From an uncultured Pseudomonadales bacterium (lineage in GTDB: Bacteria; Patescibacteriota; Microgenomatia; UBA1400; PJMF01): 64,000 nucleotides of DNA. A program made the translations under genes and the position numbers. The notes under the pieces are model-generated. The model was given only the letters and a program-made list of their open reading frames with translations. It was not told where the DNA came from and ran no database searches. The DNA lies in NCBI GenBank assembly GCA_964449995.1, contig CAYVBW010000001.1:1618-65617 (forward strand), read 5' to 3'. Shown piece after piece: positions 39,857 through 49,675 of the stretch (positions within the stretch are counted from its first letter, which is position 1; each line of letters begins with the position of its first letter).

Positions 39857-40555
39857 CTACTTTCCAAACCTGCGAATTCTTCCTTGATAGTCTTTTAGTG
39901 CCTTGTCCAACTCCTTGATATCAAAATCAGGCATTAGTACTTTTGTAAAATACAACTCTGAATAAACACTTTGCCAAGGCATAAAGCCTGACAATCTTTG
40001 CTCCCCACCGGTCCTAATTATTAAATCCGGATCAGGAATTCCCTTAGTATCCAAGTATTGCTCAAGCTCATCCGCCCCCAACTGCTCAAGACTCAGTCCA
40101 GCAGCAACCGCCTGCCTAACTGCTCTTACTATCTCATCCCTGCCCCCATAGTTTAAGGCAAAGGTGACAGTAATTTTATAATCTTTTTTATTAATTTCTT
40201 TAAACCGATTAACACTTTCTTGAATATCCTGAGGAAACCGACTCAAATCACCAATTGTTTTCACCCTCACCTTCTCTTTTACCATCTCATCAAAGCCCTC
40301 ACTAAAAGAGAGACGCATCAAGTCCATAATTGCCTCAACCTCAGCCTTATCTCTTTGCCAATTCTCAGTACTAAAAGCCCACAAAGTTAAAAAAGGAATC
40401 CCCAGAGAAATGCAGTGTCGAGTAAGATCTTCAATATTTTCTCGAGCAACTTTCTCATGACCCTTAAAAATCTTAAGCTTGTTTTGTCTAGCCCAACGGC
40501 GATTACCATCCATAATAATAGCGATGTGTTGAGGAAGAGAATTGGTCTTTTTCAT
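39857..40555 (-). CDS. uppS: Undecaprenyl diphosphate synthase (cis-prenyltransferase)
   Basis: HIAIIMDGNRRWA, FSTENW, NYGGR, IRTGGEQRLSGF, RRFG. Confidence 0.96.
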   Translation of the reverse strand: MKKTNSLPQHIAIIMDGNRRWARQNKLKIFKGHEKVARENIEDLTRHCISLGIPFLTLWAFSTENWQRDKAEVEAIMDLMRLSFSEGFDEMVKEKVRVKTIGDLSRFPQDIQESVNRFKEINKKDYKITVTFALNYGGRDEIVRAVRQAVAAGLSLEQLGADELEQYLDTKGIPDPDLIIRTGGEQRLSGFMPWQSVYSELYFTKVLMPDFDIKELDKALKDYQGRIRRFGK

Positions 40556-40566
40556 AATTTAAAGGC

Positions 40567-41364
40567 TTAAGCTGTTATTTTAGTACCCTTAACTGACTTG
40601 CCACCAATAGCATCAGATAAAGTACCATGAACAATTCCGTCAATAATTAGGCCAGGAATGCCTTGTTTTGCTAATAACAAAGTCTCCTCGACTTTATGCA
40701 ACATACCTCCTGTTACATCTGTCCCGCCTGACCCACCCAAATTTTGGCGGTATTGTCCAATATTCTTACCATTGATTTCTTTAATAGTTTTACCATCAGC
40801 ATCATAAACTCCACTTGTTTGCCCACATTGAATAATTTGTTCAACACGATAATCCTTGGCTTTTAAAGCCAGTCCCAAATACGCAAGCACTTTCTCAGTA
40901 GAAAAAATTGTGCATCCCATCTTTTCATCCAGGATTTGATCGCCATATACAACTGGCAGTAAGCCTTGGGTCAAAAGCAACTCAATCGATTTGGTAAAAA
41001 TATCTGACAGCTTGTGCTCACTAGCCACCATACTGCTTAGAGGAGAAACAGAAACCGCATTAATCTTTTCTTTTAAAAATTTTTTTATCACAATGCGATT
41101 TAGCCTTGCTGCCACGTCTGACACTTCAGCAATCCCGCGATAACTCTGTTTATTAATAATTCCCTTGTGGGTTTGATATTTTTTTGCTGGCACATGTGCA
41201 AAAGAGCCCGCACCATGACCAATTATTAACAATTTCCCCATATTAACAGCTTTTTTTACCTCTGAGGCAATAATATCCAAAGCTTCTTCGTTTACAGTAA
41301 AGGGCTTGTTTTTGTCTGTAATAAGGGAGCCCCCGATTTTAATTAAGATTATTGGTTTATGCAT
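40567..41364 (-). CDS. ipk: Isopentenyl phosphate kinase
   Basis: KIGGSLITDK, HGAGSFAH, PVVYGD, DVTGGM; isoprenoid operon context. Confidence 0.9.
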   Translation of the reverse strand: MHKPIILIKIGGSLITDKNKPFTVNEEALDIIASEVKKAVNMGKLLIIGHGAGSFAHVPAKKYQTHKGIINKQSYRGIAEVSDVAARLNRIVIKKFLKEKINAVSVSPLSSMVASEHKLSDIFTKSIELLLTQGLLPVVYGDQILDEKMGCTIFSTEKVLAYLGLALKAKDYRVEQIIQCGQTSGVYDADGKTIKEINGKNIGQYRQNLGGSGGTDVTGGMLHKVEETLLLAKQGIPGLIIDGIVHGTLSDAIGGKSVKGTKITA

Positions 41365-41908
41365 AGTTTGCCAAATTTTGTTTGATATTTTTTTGTGACA
41401 AGATAATACTCACCCATGGGGCAAAATTGCTCGCTGCTGTTAATAGTTGCTTAAATTGAATCCACCCAACCTCAGACACCTCATCTGGATTTGGCTTAAG
41501 CTCCCCCTTAAAATCCCCAACAAAAACTGTGTCTATTTCATTCTCACTAAAGCCATTGTCAAAACTTACTTGGTATTGAAACTTACCAACTTTACTCAAC
41601 CCTACCCCCTCAATACCTAACTCCTCTTTTAATCGGCGCTTAGCACAATCTAAGTAACTTTCGCCAGGCCGAACATTTCCGCATGCAGTGTTAGCCCACT
41701 GATTGGCTGCCACTATTTTTTTCTTACTTCGTTTTTGAATTAGAACTTCACCTGTAGCATTAAACAAAAAAACACTGCAGGCTCGATGTAATTTACCTAA
41801 GCCCTTATGCGTCTCAATAACATTTTCTGACCCAATCACCTCATCATCTGCATTAACTAGCACAACCCGATCAAGCTTTTGATAAATTTTATTGTTTGTG
41901 CTGTTCAT
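41357..41908 (-). CDS. idi: Type 1 isopentenyl-diphosphate isomerase (Nudix fold)
   Basis: LHRACSVF, QKRS..K, WANTACG, RRLKEELGI, ENEID, PNPDEV, PW. Confidence 0.88.
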   Translation of the reverse strand: MNSTNNKIYQKLDRVVLVNADDEVIGSENVIETHKGLGKLHRACSVFLFNATGEVLIQKRSKKKIVAANQWANTACGNVRPGESYLDCAKRRLKEELGIEGVGLSKVGKFQYQVSFDNGFSENEIDTVFVGDFKGELKPNPDEVSEVGWIQFKQLLTAASNFAPWVSIILSQKNIKQNLANYA

Positions 41909-41948
41909 AATTTTTAAAACCGCCCCTATTTAACAAGGCTAAAAAAAC

Positions 41949-42245
41949 TCATGCTTGCTTAACTTTTTTTACTTTAAGCTGATATTCTAATGGATCAGAA
42001 TCATTTTTTTTAGAACCTTTTCTTAACACACACCTAACCTTATCCCCTATCTCCAGCCTTTGATGACCAACTCCCATTAACTCTTTCCTATTTTTCCCAA
42101 AGGCTACAATTGCCAAAGAATAGGGAGCCGCCCTCAAGTGCTCACTGCCAGCAACCCTAATATAGGTGCTTACCACAACCTGTCCAGTTTTGCCCAAAAA
42201 ACTCTTCCATTGTTTATTGAGTCTTGTGTATTTAGCCGGATGCAT
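41949..42245 (-). CDS. DUF35-like OB-fold scaffold protein lacking the zinc ribbon
   Basis: G.VVVSTYIRV...PYSLAIV...LEIGDKV..VLRK...Y.K; directly after thiolase. Confidence 0.75.
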   Translation of the reverse strand: MHPAKYTRLNKQWKSFLGKTGQVVVSTYIRVAGSEHLRAAPYSLAIVAFGKNRKELMGVGHQRLEIGDKVRCVLRKGSKKNDSDPLEYQLKVKKVKQA

Positions 42246-42281
42246 AATTTTATTTTATATTAATTGAATAATATTAAATTG

Positions 42282-43388
42282 CTAGCCAACTACATGAACT
42301 ACAGCTGTAGCTCCAGATCCTCCCACGTTATGGGCCAAGCCTAATTTATAACGCTCATCCTCAATTTGCTGAGCTAAATAAACAACCTGTTTGATGCCGG
42401 TAGCACCGATTGGATGACCAAATGCTTTTAAACCACCTGATAAGTTAATCACAACTTTTCCATTCAATTTTGTTTCGTGGTTGAGCGTAGCCCGACCACC
42501 CATTCCTTTGTCAAAAAAACCCAAGTCCTCGATCGCCAAAATCTCTGCAATAGTAAAACAATCGTGAACCTCTGCCAACTGTATTTGATCTGGCCTAACA
42601 TCAGCCATCTGATAAGACTTTTGTGCTGCTTGCACCGTTGCTCTCAAGGTAGTTAAATCTTTTCTACTAGCTAAGTCCAAAGCATCTTGAGCATGACCAA
42701 AACCTAAAATTTTGGGCTTATTTTTCATCTTGCGGCCTGTTAGTATCACAGCTGAAGCCCCGTCTGAAATTGGCGAGCAATCTAGCAATCTAAGAGGATC
42801 TGCCACTAAAGGACTTTGTGAGACTTGATCTAAAGTAAATTCTCGATGAAATTGAGCCAAAGGGTTCTCCAAGGCATGTGTGTGATTTTTTACAGCTACA
42901 GCAGACAGCATTTCCCTAGATGTTTTAAACTTTTCTGTATGCACTTGGGCCAGTAAGGCATACAAGCCAGGGAAAGTTGAGCCATTTTCAGCATCATGAT
43001 TAGCTGCCATAGCAAGAATTCGGGTGGCATTGCTCGCAGTTGTATCTGTCATCTTTTCGGCCCCAACTACCAAAGCAGTTTGACAATACCCTGACAAAAT
43101 CGCCTGTTCTGCAGCCAATAAAGCCAACCCCCCAGAAGCGCAAGCTCCCTCCACTCTCATGCTGGGAGGAAAATGATTAAAAAACTGACTTACCAAAGCA
43201 TTGAGATGAAGTTGATTGTTAAATTCTCCAGGGGCTTTGCTGGCAACAAAAACTTGGTCTATTTGTCTAGAATCAATACCAGCATTTTTAACAGAACCCC
43301 CAATTGCTTCTTGAAACAAATCAGCCAACCCTTTTTCCCAGAGTTCTCCGACCTTAGTTGTATGATGACCCGCAATAGTAATTTGCAT
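42282..43388 (-). CDS. Acetyl-CoA acetyltransferase (archaeal-type thiolase)
   Basis: VEGACASG, GAEKM, CSPISDGA, EVHDCFT, GHPIGATG, HNVGG. Confidence 0.93.
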   Translation of the reverse strand: MQITIAGHHTTKVGELWEKGLADLFQEAIGGSVKNAGIDSRQIDQVFVASKAPGEFNNQLHLNALVSQFFNHFPPSMRVEGACASGGLALLAAEQAILSGYCQTALVVGAEKMTDTTASNATRILAMAANHDAENGSTFPGLYALLAQVHTEKFKTSREMLSAVAVKNHTHALENPLAQFHREFTLDQVSQSPLVADPLRLLDCSPISDGASAVILTGRKMKNKPKILGFGHAQDALDLASRKDLTTLRATVQAAQKSYQMADVRPDQIQLAEVHDCFTIAEILAIEDLGFFDKGMGGRATLNHETKLNGKVVINLSGGLKAFGHPIGATGIKQVVYLAQQIEDERYKLGLAHNVGGSGATAVVHVVG

Positions 43389-43413
43389 TGTATTTAACCT
43401 AGCTAAAAACTAA

Positions 43414-44484
43414 TCAGTGATACCTGTCTTTTGTAAGTCTGGCATACTGCTGATAACTAATTGGTTGTAAATTTTTAATTTTGTCTAAAGTAAAATCCTG
43501 CCATTTTTTTCTCTGCTTGGGCAAATTATCGGTAGTCTCAAAAACAAAACTATCTGCTCCAGCACCAGAGCCATAGGCTGTTACAAAAATCTTTTTTCCG
43601 GCTGGAGCTTGGTCTAAAATAGCTGCCAAAGCCAAGGGCACACTCCCAGCATAAGTATTGCCTACCTTTTTTACAATCAAACCCGGCTTAAGTTGTTTTG
43701 AAGAAAATCCCAACTGCTTGGCAGCTTGTAGGGGAAATTTGCCATTGGGTGTATGAAAAACACAGTAATCAAAGTCTTCAGCCTTAAGTTTCATTTCTTT
43801 TAAAAGCATTTTGCTGGATTTAATCACATGATAAAAATAAGCTGGCTTACCAGTGAATCTTCCTCCGTGGTGAGGAAAATCCTCCCCGGACTTTCTCCAA
43901 AAATCAGGGGTGTCGCTAGCAACTGATGAAGTTGCCAATAATTTCACCAGCAGGTTGGTAGAACCAAAAATAAAAGCTGCAGCCCCAGCTGCAGCAGTGT
44001 ACTCCAGCGCATCTCCTGGCTTGGCCTGAGCTACATCTGCCCCAATAGCCAAGGCATATTTAGCAAAGTCACTTAAAATATAGCTAGCACAAATCTGCAT
44101 TCCCTGAGTCCCTGCCTTGCAGGCAAATTGCAAATCCGCCATGGCCAATTCTTCTGGCAAGCCCAACGCGCCCGCAACCACAGAACCTGAGGGCTTAACT
44201 GCATAGGGATGACTTTCACTACCAACAAACAAAGCACTAATTTTTTTACTACCAAAATTTTTAGTAATCCCGGCTCTAGCTAGAGCTTGCCAGGCTGCTG
44301 AAGTTGAAAGAGTGATTGTGTCCTCATCAAAATCTGGCACTGTTTTTTGCTCAACCAACAAAGAATTACTCACTGTACCGATCTCTTTGTTGTGAGCCAT
44401 TTCCAACTCTTTTATAGACAAAGACCAGCTTGGCAACTCGGTGCCATAAGCCACAATTCCCACTGGTTTATTAATCACTGGCAT
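43414..44484 (-). CDS. Hydroxymethylglutaryl-CoA synthase (archaeal type)
   Basis: GSESHPYAVKP, FACKAGT, DTPDFWR, FHTPNGKFP, GNTYAG, YGSGAG. Confidence 0.94.
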   Translation of the reverse strand: MPVINKPVGIVAYGTELPSWSLSIKELEMAHNKEIGTVSNSLLVEQKTVPDFDEDTITLSTSAAWQALARAGITKNFGSKKISALFVGSESHPYAVKPSGSVVAGALGLPEELAMADLQFACKAGTQGMQICASYILSDFAKYALAIGADVAQAKPGDALEYTAAAGAAAFIFGSTNLLVKLLATSSVASDTPDFWRKSGEDFPHHGGRFTGKPAYFYHVIKSSKMLLKEMKLKAEDFDYCVFHTPNGKFPLQAAKQLGFSSKQLKPGLIVKKVGNTYAGSVPLALAAILDQAPAGKKIFVTAYGSGAGADSFVFETTDNLPKQRKKWQDFTLDKIKNLQPISYQQYARLTKDRYH

Positions 44485-44544
44485 AATCTTTTAATTTTTA
44501 TTTAATGTATATTTTTTAATAATTTGCTAAAAATTTCCCCAAGC

Positions 44545-45780
44545 CTATCTAGCCAGTTTCTGATGAGCGCAGGCCAAGCTTTGCGTAGCTAAAGCAGCCA
44601 GTCCAGATAGCTCCCCAGACAAAACCGCAACCGCCACAACACCTGCTAGCTCTTCGGCCCTAATCTCCCTACCAAAGATTAATTTTCGAGCTTGCTGGAA
44701 TGGAGTTAAGCCACTTCCTCCTCCAACCACTCCGACATTAACATTAGGCATATTTAGTGCGACATAAAGCGAATTATTAGGCTTTTGTTCAACCAACAGA
44801 CTAGCCTGAGAACACTCAACAACATGAGCCATATCTTGGCCTGTAGCCAAAAATAGTCCGGCAACCATGTTGGCAGCATGCATGTTTAAAGAATCTGCCC
44901 CAGCTAAATTGGAGCCAACAACATTTTTCCAATAATAAGTTTTATAAAAATCCTGTACGCCAACTTTTAATACAGACTGTAAAATTTTTTTATTCAACAG
45001 GACCTCAGCCTGAACACTGTATCCCCTGCCCAACAAACGATTAATTGCAGAAGTTTTTTTATCAACACACATATTCCCAGACAAAGAGATTAATTCTATG
45101 TTGGGATATGAGGAAATTACTTCTTTCCAAGCTTGACCCAGCGCTAAGGTCACCATATTCATACCCATGGCCTGGTCAGTGTCAAAAACAAAGCGAGCAT
45201 AAACCGCCCTACCAACAACCCAAGCATGACAATCCTTTAACTTTAAATGCTGGCTGGTCTTTTCACATACTTGCTTAATTTTTTTTAAACCACCCTTATT
45301 TTCTATCCAATCCACAAATTCCTTTGCCTCAAAATGATTAAGAAAGCCAAAAACAGGGGCTCTAGTCATACCTATTTTTTCAACAAATACTCGCGTTGGT
45401 TTGGTTTTACTTAAAGCCTTCATGCCCCTGGCAACACTAGCAACCAAAGCTCCTTCTGTGGTAGCCAGCGGGATAAACAGTTCTTGTTGGAACGGTTCAC
45501 CGCCATCAATTGTCATCTGCACAGAAGCTGGACCAGCCACCCCCACAGGTATCTCCACACTACCCAACAAATTTTCGCAGTTTTTTTGTTCAGCCTGCTT
45601 TACATCTATTTTGTTAATCTTAAAAAAATTAGAAAAATCAAGTTGATCGGTAGTCCCACTTCCCCCATCCTTCTTATGCATAAATTTTCTTCTCTTTAGA
45701 TAATCAATCAAGATAGCCTGACGTTGCAAAATTTTTTCTTGAGAAGATCCTACGAAGTTTTTTAAATTAAGACTGATCAT
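44545..45780 (-). CDS. hmgA: HMG-CoA reductase class I (start revised to ATG 45780)
   Basis: CENLLG, PLATTEGALVAS, AMGMNM, GNMCVDKK, TGQDMAH, GGG, GELS, C-terminal catalytic His. Confidence 0.94.
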   Translation of the reverse strand: MISLNLKNFVGSSQEKILQRQAILIDYLKRRKFMHKKDGGSGTTDQLDFSNFFKINKIDVKQAEQKNCENLLGSVEIPVGVAGPASVQMTIDGGEPFQQELFIPLATTEGALVASVARGMKALSKTKPTRVFVEKIGMTRAPVFGFLNHFEAKEFVDWIENKGGLKKIKQVCEKTSQHLKLKDCHAWVVGRAVYARFVFDTDQAMGMNMVTLALGQAWKEVISSYPNIELISLSGNMCVDKKTSAINRLLGRGYSVQAEVLLNKKILQSVLKVGVQDFYKTYYWKNVVGSNLAGADSLNMHAANMVAGLFLATGQDMAHVVECSQASLLVEQKPNNSLYVALNMPNVNVGVVGGGSGLTPFQQARKLIFGREIRAEELAGVVAVAVLSGELSGLAALATQSLACAHQKLAR

Positions 45781-45909
45781 AAATTTTGTTTCTTTCCACA
45801 AAAACCAACACCCTGTTTGAAGGGCAATAAATATAGTCGTGTTTTGTGCCAAAAATCATTCAAGCTCATGATAAAATAAGATTTTGAACCAAATAATTGC
45901 TCATTGGTA

Positions 45910-48153
45910 ATGAACACACAATACAACCACAAACAACACGAAAAAAACATCTATCAGCTCTGGGAAGAAAGCAATTCTTTTAATCCAGATAGCAATCCCA
46001 AACCCTCTGATGATAGGTTTTGCATAATCATGCCTCCACCCAATGCCAACGATCCCCTCCACATTGGACACGCCATGTTTGTCACTATTGAAGACATCTT
46101 GATTCGATATCATCGAATGCTGGGCGACGACACACTCTGGCTTCCCGGCACAGACCACGCAGGAATCGAAACCCAGTTTGTTTTTGAAAAAAAGCTTAAA
46201 AAAGAGGGCAAAAGCAGGTTCAGCTTTGACCGCAAAACACTCTACCAAAAAATTTGGAACTACGTTCAAAAAAACTCTGATTTATCCATTAACCAAATGA
46301 AGCAATTAGGAGCTAGCGCAGACTGGAGTAGGTTTAGTTTTATGCTAGATGAACCAATTATAGAGATGGTTTTAGAAACTTTTAAAAAACTACATGATAA
46401 AAAACTAATTTATCGAGATTTAAAACTGGTCAACTTCAGCCCAGCTGCCGGCACAGCCTACAGCGACTTGGAAATCAAGCATGAGGAAAGAAACACCCCG
46501 CTTTATTACATTCAATATGGCCCACTTGTGTTGGCTACCACTCGTCCCGAAACTATTTTCGGAGATGTTGCGGTGGCCGTACACCCAGACGACAAACGCT
46601 ACCAAAAATGGATTAACAAAGAAATAAAAATCTCCAACCCCGTTAAAACATTCTTGGTAAAAGTTGTTGCCGATGATAGTGTTGATATGGATTTTGGCAC
46701 CGGAGCTGTAAAGATTACCCCATTTCACGATCATAGTGACTTTGCTATTTGGCAAAGACACAAAAAAGGGTTGCGCCAACCCCAACAAGTAATTGACTTT
46801 GACGGACGAATGATGGAGCCAGCTGGCAAATATACCGGAATGAAAGTGGCTCAGGCTAGAGAAGCCGTGGTTGGTGACATGCAATCCATGAATCTAATTA
46901 AGAAAGTTGACCGCGACTATAGACATACAATAGCGCTGTGTTATAAAACCAAATCTGTCATTGAACCACTCCCCTTGTCACAGTTTTTTATTAAAGTTGA
47001 GCCACTAGTCAAACCCGTAATCAAAGCTCTTAATTCAGGAGAGATCAAGGTTTATGGAGCTGGTCATGATAAGATTTTAAAACACTGGCTAACCAACCTC
47101 AAAGATTGGAATATTTCAAGGCAAGTAGTTTGGGGCATTCAAATGCCAGTTTGGTATCAAATAAAAAATTATGAGGACCAAATTACGGTTGGTTATTTAG
47201 ACAAAGACAAGTCATTTGTTAGTAAAACCCTTAAAGAGGCGCTAAAAAACACAACTTTAGAAAAAATTATTAACGGATTACAAACCCTCAGAGCCAGCCG
47301 GTCTGTTCCCTACAAAGTGAGTCAAGCCAACCCTAAAAAAGGTGATTGGATTCAAGAAACTGATACTTTTGACACCTGGTTTTCTTCCAGCCAATGGCCT
47401 GTCACAGCTCTTAAAAACGCACAGCCAGGAGACTTTGAGCGCTTCTACCCCACCCAGGTGATGGAAACAGGCTATGATATTCTGCCGTTCTGGGTAATGA
47501 GAATGCTAATGATGGGACACTTTATGACAGGAAAGTTTCCTTTTAAAAATATTTACCTTCATGGGCTGATTAGAGACTCAAAGGGCAACAAAATGAGTAA
47601 AAGCAAAGGCAATGTCGTGAACCCATTGCAAGTAACCGAAAAATATGGAACTGACGCCCTTAGAATGGCATTAGTAATTCGATCGTCAATGGGTTTAGAC
47701 AAATCCATTGGAGAACCCGATTTTAAAGCCGGACGCAACCTAACTAACAAGCTTTGGAATGCTGCCCGATTTATTCTCCTCAACTTAAACGAAGAAGGAC
47801 TACAGAATGAGGCCTTAAAAGAATTGGATATTCAGTTTAAAAATAAACTTGATGATGTTGTGGGACAAATCACTCAACAGATTAATCAATTCCAAATTGG
47901 ACTAGCGGCAGAAACGCTTTACACAGAGTTTTGGCATTGGTTTTGCGACCAGGCCATAGAGCAATCCAAACAACAAAAAATATCTCAAAAGAACATTGTT
48001 GCAGGCCTACTTGTTTTCTTAAAACTCGCTCACCCATTTACCCCCTATGTGACAGAGGCTGTCTGGCAAATTTTACAAAAAGAAAAACTACTAAAGGACA
48101 GCGGTTTATTTGAGAAAGAGTTATTAATTACCTCACCGTGGCCAAAGGCATAG
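45910..48153 (+). CDS. valS: Valine--tRNA ligase, short form
   Basis: PPPN..LHIGH, GTDHAGIETQ, ATTRPET, WNISRQ, DTWFSS, KMSKS, NKLWNA. Confidence 0.96.
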   Translation: MNTQYNHKQHEKNIYQLWEESNSFNPDSNPKPSDDRFCIIMPPPNANDPLHIGHAMFVTIEDILIRYHRMLGDDTLWLPGTDHAGIETQFVFEKKLKKEGKSRFSFDRKTLYQKIWNYVQKNSDLSINQMKQLGASADWSRFSFMLDEPIIEMVLETFKKLHDKKLIYRDLKLVNFSPAAGTAYSDLEIKHEERNTPLYYIQYGPLVLATTRPETIFGDVAVAVHPDDKRYQKWINKEIKISNPVKTFLVKVVADDSVDMDFGTGAVKITPFHDHSDFAIWQRHKKGLRQPQQVIDFDGRMMEPAGKYTGMKVAQAREAVVGDMQSMNLIKKVDRDYRHTIALCYKTKSVIEPLPLSQFFIKVEPLVKPVIKALNSGEIKVYGAGHDKILKHWLTNLKDWNISRQVVWGIQMPVWYQIKNYEDQITVGYLDKDKSFVSKTLKEALKNTTLEKIINGLQTLRASRSVPYKVSQANPKKGDWIQETDTFDTWFSSSQWPVTALKNAQPGDFERFYPTQVMETGYDILPFWVMRMLMMGHFMTGKFPFKNIYLHGLIRDSKGNKMSKSKGNVVNPLQVTEKYGTDALRMALVIRSSMGLDKSIGEPDFKAGRNLTNKLWNAARFILLNLNEEGLQNEALKELDIQFKNKLDDVVGQITQQINQFQIGLAAETLYTEFWHWFCDQAIEQSKQQKISQKNIVAGLLVFLKLAHPFTPYVTEAVWQILQKEKLLKDSGLFEKELLITSPWPKA

Positions 48154-48188
48154 GTTTCAAAAAGCGTGCCAAACTAGATAATCAATTA

Positions 48189-48290
48189 ATTCTGATTAAA
48201 TACCCGCCAACCTTTCTTGCTAAGCGGGGCTGAGGGGCGAAACCCCTCAGAAATGAGCTCATATCTATTACTAATACTAATTTGAGAATT
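48189..48290 (-). repeat. Structured intergenic repeat, copy D (inverted, short)
   Basis: Reverse complement AATTCTCAAATTAGTATTAGTAATAGATATGAGCTCATTTCTGAGGGGTTTCGCCCCTCAG...GGTATTTAATCAGAAT. Confidence 0.88.
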
Positions 48291-48296
48291 TATTTA

Positions 48297-48827
48297 ATGA
48301 CCATTTGGACCAAAACGAACACCACTCCGAATAAGACAAAACCAAACAAAATAACAGGAGTTCTTTCAGCTAAATTTTTTAAACTAAAACTAATTACTTC
48401 TCTACTTTTTTTTATTTTTTTTCTCTTTCTATCTCTATTAGCCGAGTCGGCCAAAAATTTTAAAGTATTAATTTTTCTGTATATTTTTTTGTTTATCCAG
48501 GCGCTTCTAATAATATTTTTTCCCAAAAAGCCAGCCCACACAAACCAAAACCAAGATAAATTTTATGAGACCACGACACAAGTCATGGATTTGAGCTCAA
48601 CAAAAACATATTCAATTAACTTTAGCCAAGAAAGTATTCAAGAAGAACTAAAAAAATACCAAGAAAATTTTTTTACAAAGACAGCGCCAGACTCCCCCAC
48701 CAATGTTGCGCGAGACTATCTTATTAACACAGCGCTGCTAAATTTAGCCACCTCACAGGAATCTGAATACCAAAGACTTATCAAACAGGCAAAAGAACTT
48801 GATCCTAATTGGGAGGGTTGGAGGTAG
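48297..48827 (+). CDS. Hypothetical membrane protein, TPR-like C-terminus (start revised)
   Basis: Two TMs; C-terminal AKELDPN. Confidence 0.65.
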   Translation: MTIWTKTNTTPNKTKPNKITGVLSAKFFKLKLITSLLFFIFFLFLSLLAESAKNFKVLIFLYIFLFIQALLIIFFPKKPAHTNQNQDKFYETTTQVMDLSSTKTYSINFSQESIQEELKKYQENFFTKTAPDSPTNVARDYLINTALLNLATSQESEYQRLIKQAKELDPNWEGWR

Positions 48828-48955
48828 TGGGCTGGTCTGAAATAGATAAATTCAATAAAACACCCATATATCAATAAATTTGATAAATAAATTGTTGCAA
48901 ACTTTTTTGAAATTTATGTTGAAAAGTTTTATCAAACAAAGAAAAAAACAAAGGC

Positions 48956-49675
48956 TTAAGACTGCCCTTCTCCGCTTTTTTCTAATACAGGTTTGTCTTT
49001 AGTCTCCTGCTCAACCCCTTCTACTTCAGGAGCCCCTTCATCTTCCACAGACTCTTCACCTACCTCTTCTTCTCCAATGACCTCTGTTTCTATTGGTTCC
49101 TCTGGTTCCTCGGGTTCTTCTTCAACCTCTTGGACCAAAACCACGGGCGCTTCTAGACCCTCATCTCCAACCACAATTTCTATTTTAGAGCTATCATAAT
49201 CCAAATCAGCCAGAGTTATAGCTTGACCTATTTCACTGAGCTCTTCCACATTAACAACAAACTTCTCTGGTAAATCCGTAGGCAAAGCCCTGACCTCAAT
49301 CTCATCTCTTACAGTGACCAAAACTGCTTCTGGAAGTTCAAATTCACCCTCTATTTCTACAGGAATTTCTGCCAAAACTTTTTCAGTCAAGTCAACCACT
49401 TGAAAGGTAGCGTGAATTGGTAAGTCAGTAACGGGGTTGGTCTGCACCTCTTCAATCATAACAGGCACCTCACCCTTGCCATTAACCTTTAGGTAAGCAA
49501 CATTTGACTCCCCTATCTCATCAAATAACTTAATAAATTCAAATAAATCCAAAGATATGGCCCTAGATGGCTTGTGAGCTTCAAACAAGTTTCCTGGCAA
49601 AACATTATTAAGCCTCATTTGATTTAGATTTTCTGACAAATCTCTTTTTTTGGCAGCGATTGTGTGTTTTGACAT
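48956..49675 (-). CDS. rplY: 50S ribosomal protein L25/Ctc
   Basis: LPGNLF, EVQTNPV...IHATF, ALPTDLPE, IGQAITLADL, acidic tail. Confidence 0.92.
   Translation of the reverse strand: MSKHTIAAKKRDLSENLNQMRLNNVLPGNLFEAHKPSRAISLDLFEFIKLFDEIGESNVAYLKVNGKGEVPVMIEEVQTNPVTDLPIHATFQVVDLTEKVLAEIPVEIEGEFELPEAVLVTVRDEIEVRALPTDLPEKFVVNVEELSEIGQAITLADLDYDSSKIEIVVGDEGLEAPVVLVQEVEEEPEEPEEPIETEVIGEEEVGEESVEDEGAPEVEGVEQETKDKPVLEKSGEGQS

Noticed and set aside
45901-48113. ORFs overlapping valS (e.g. 45901-46269, 46420-46884)
   Set aside because: Antisense or frame shadows of a conserved gene
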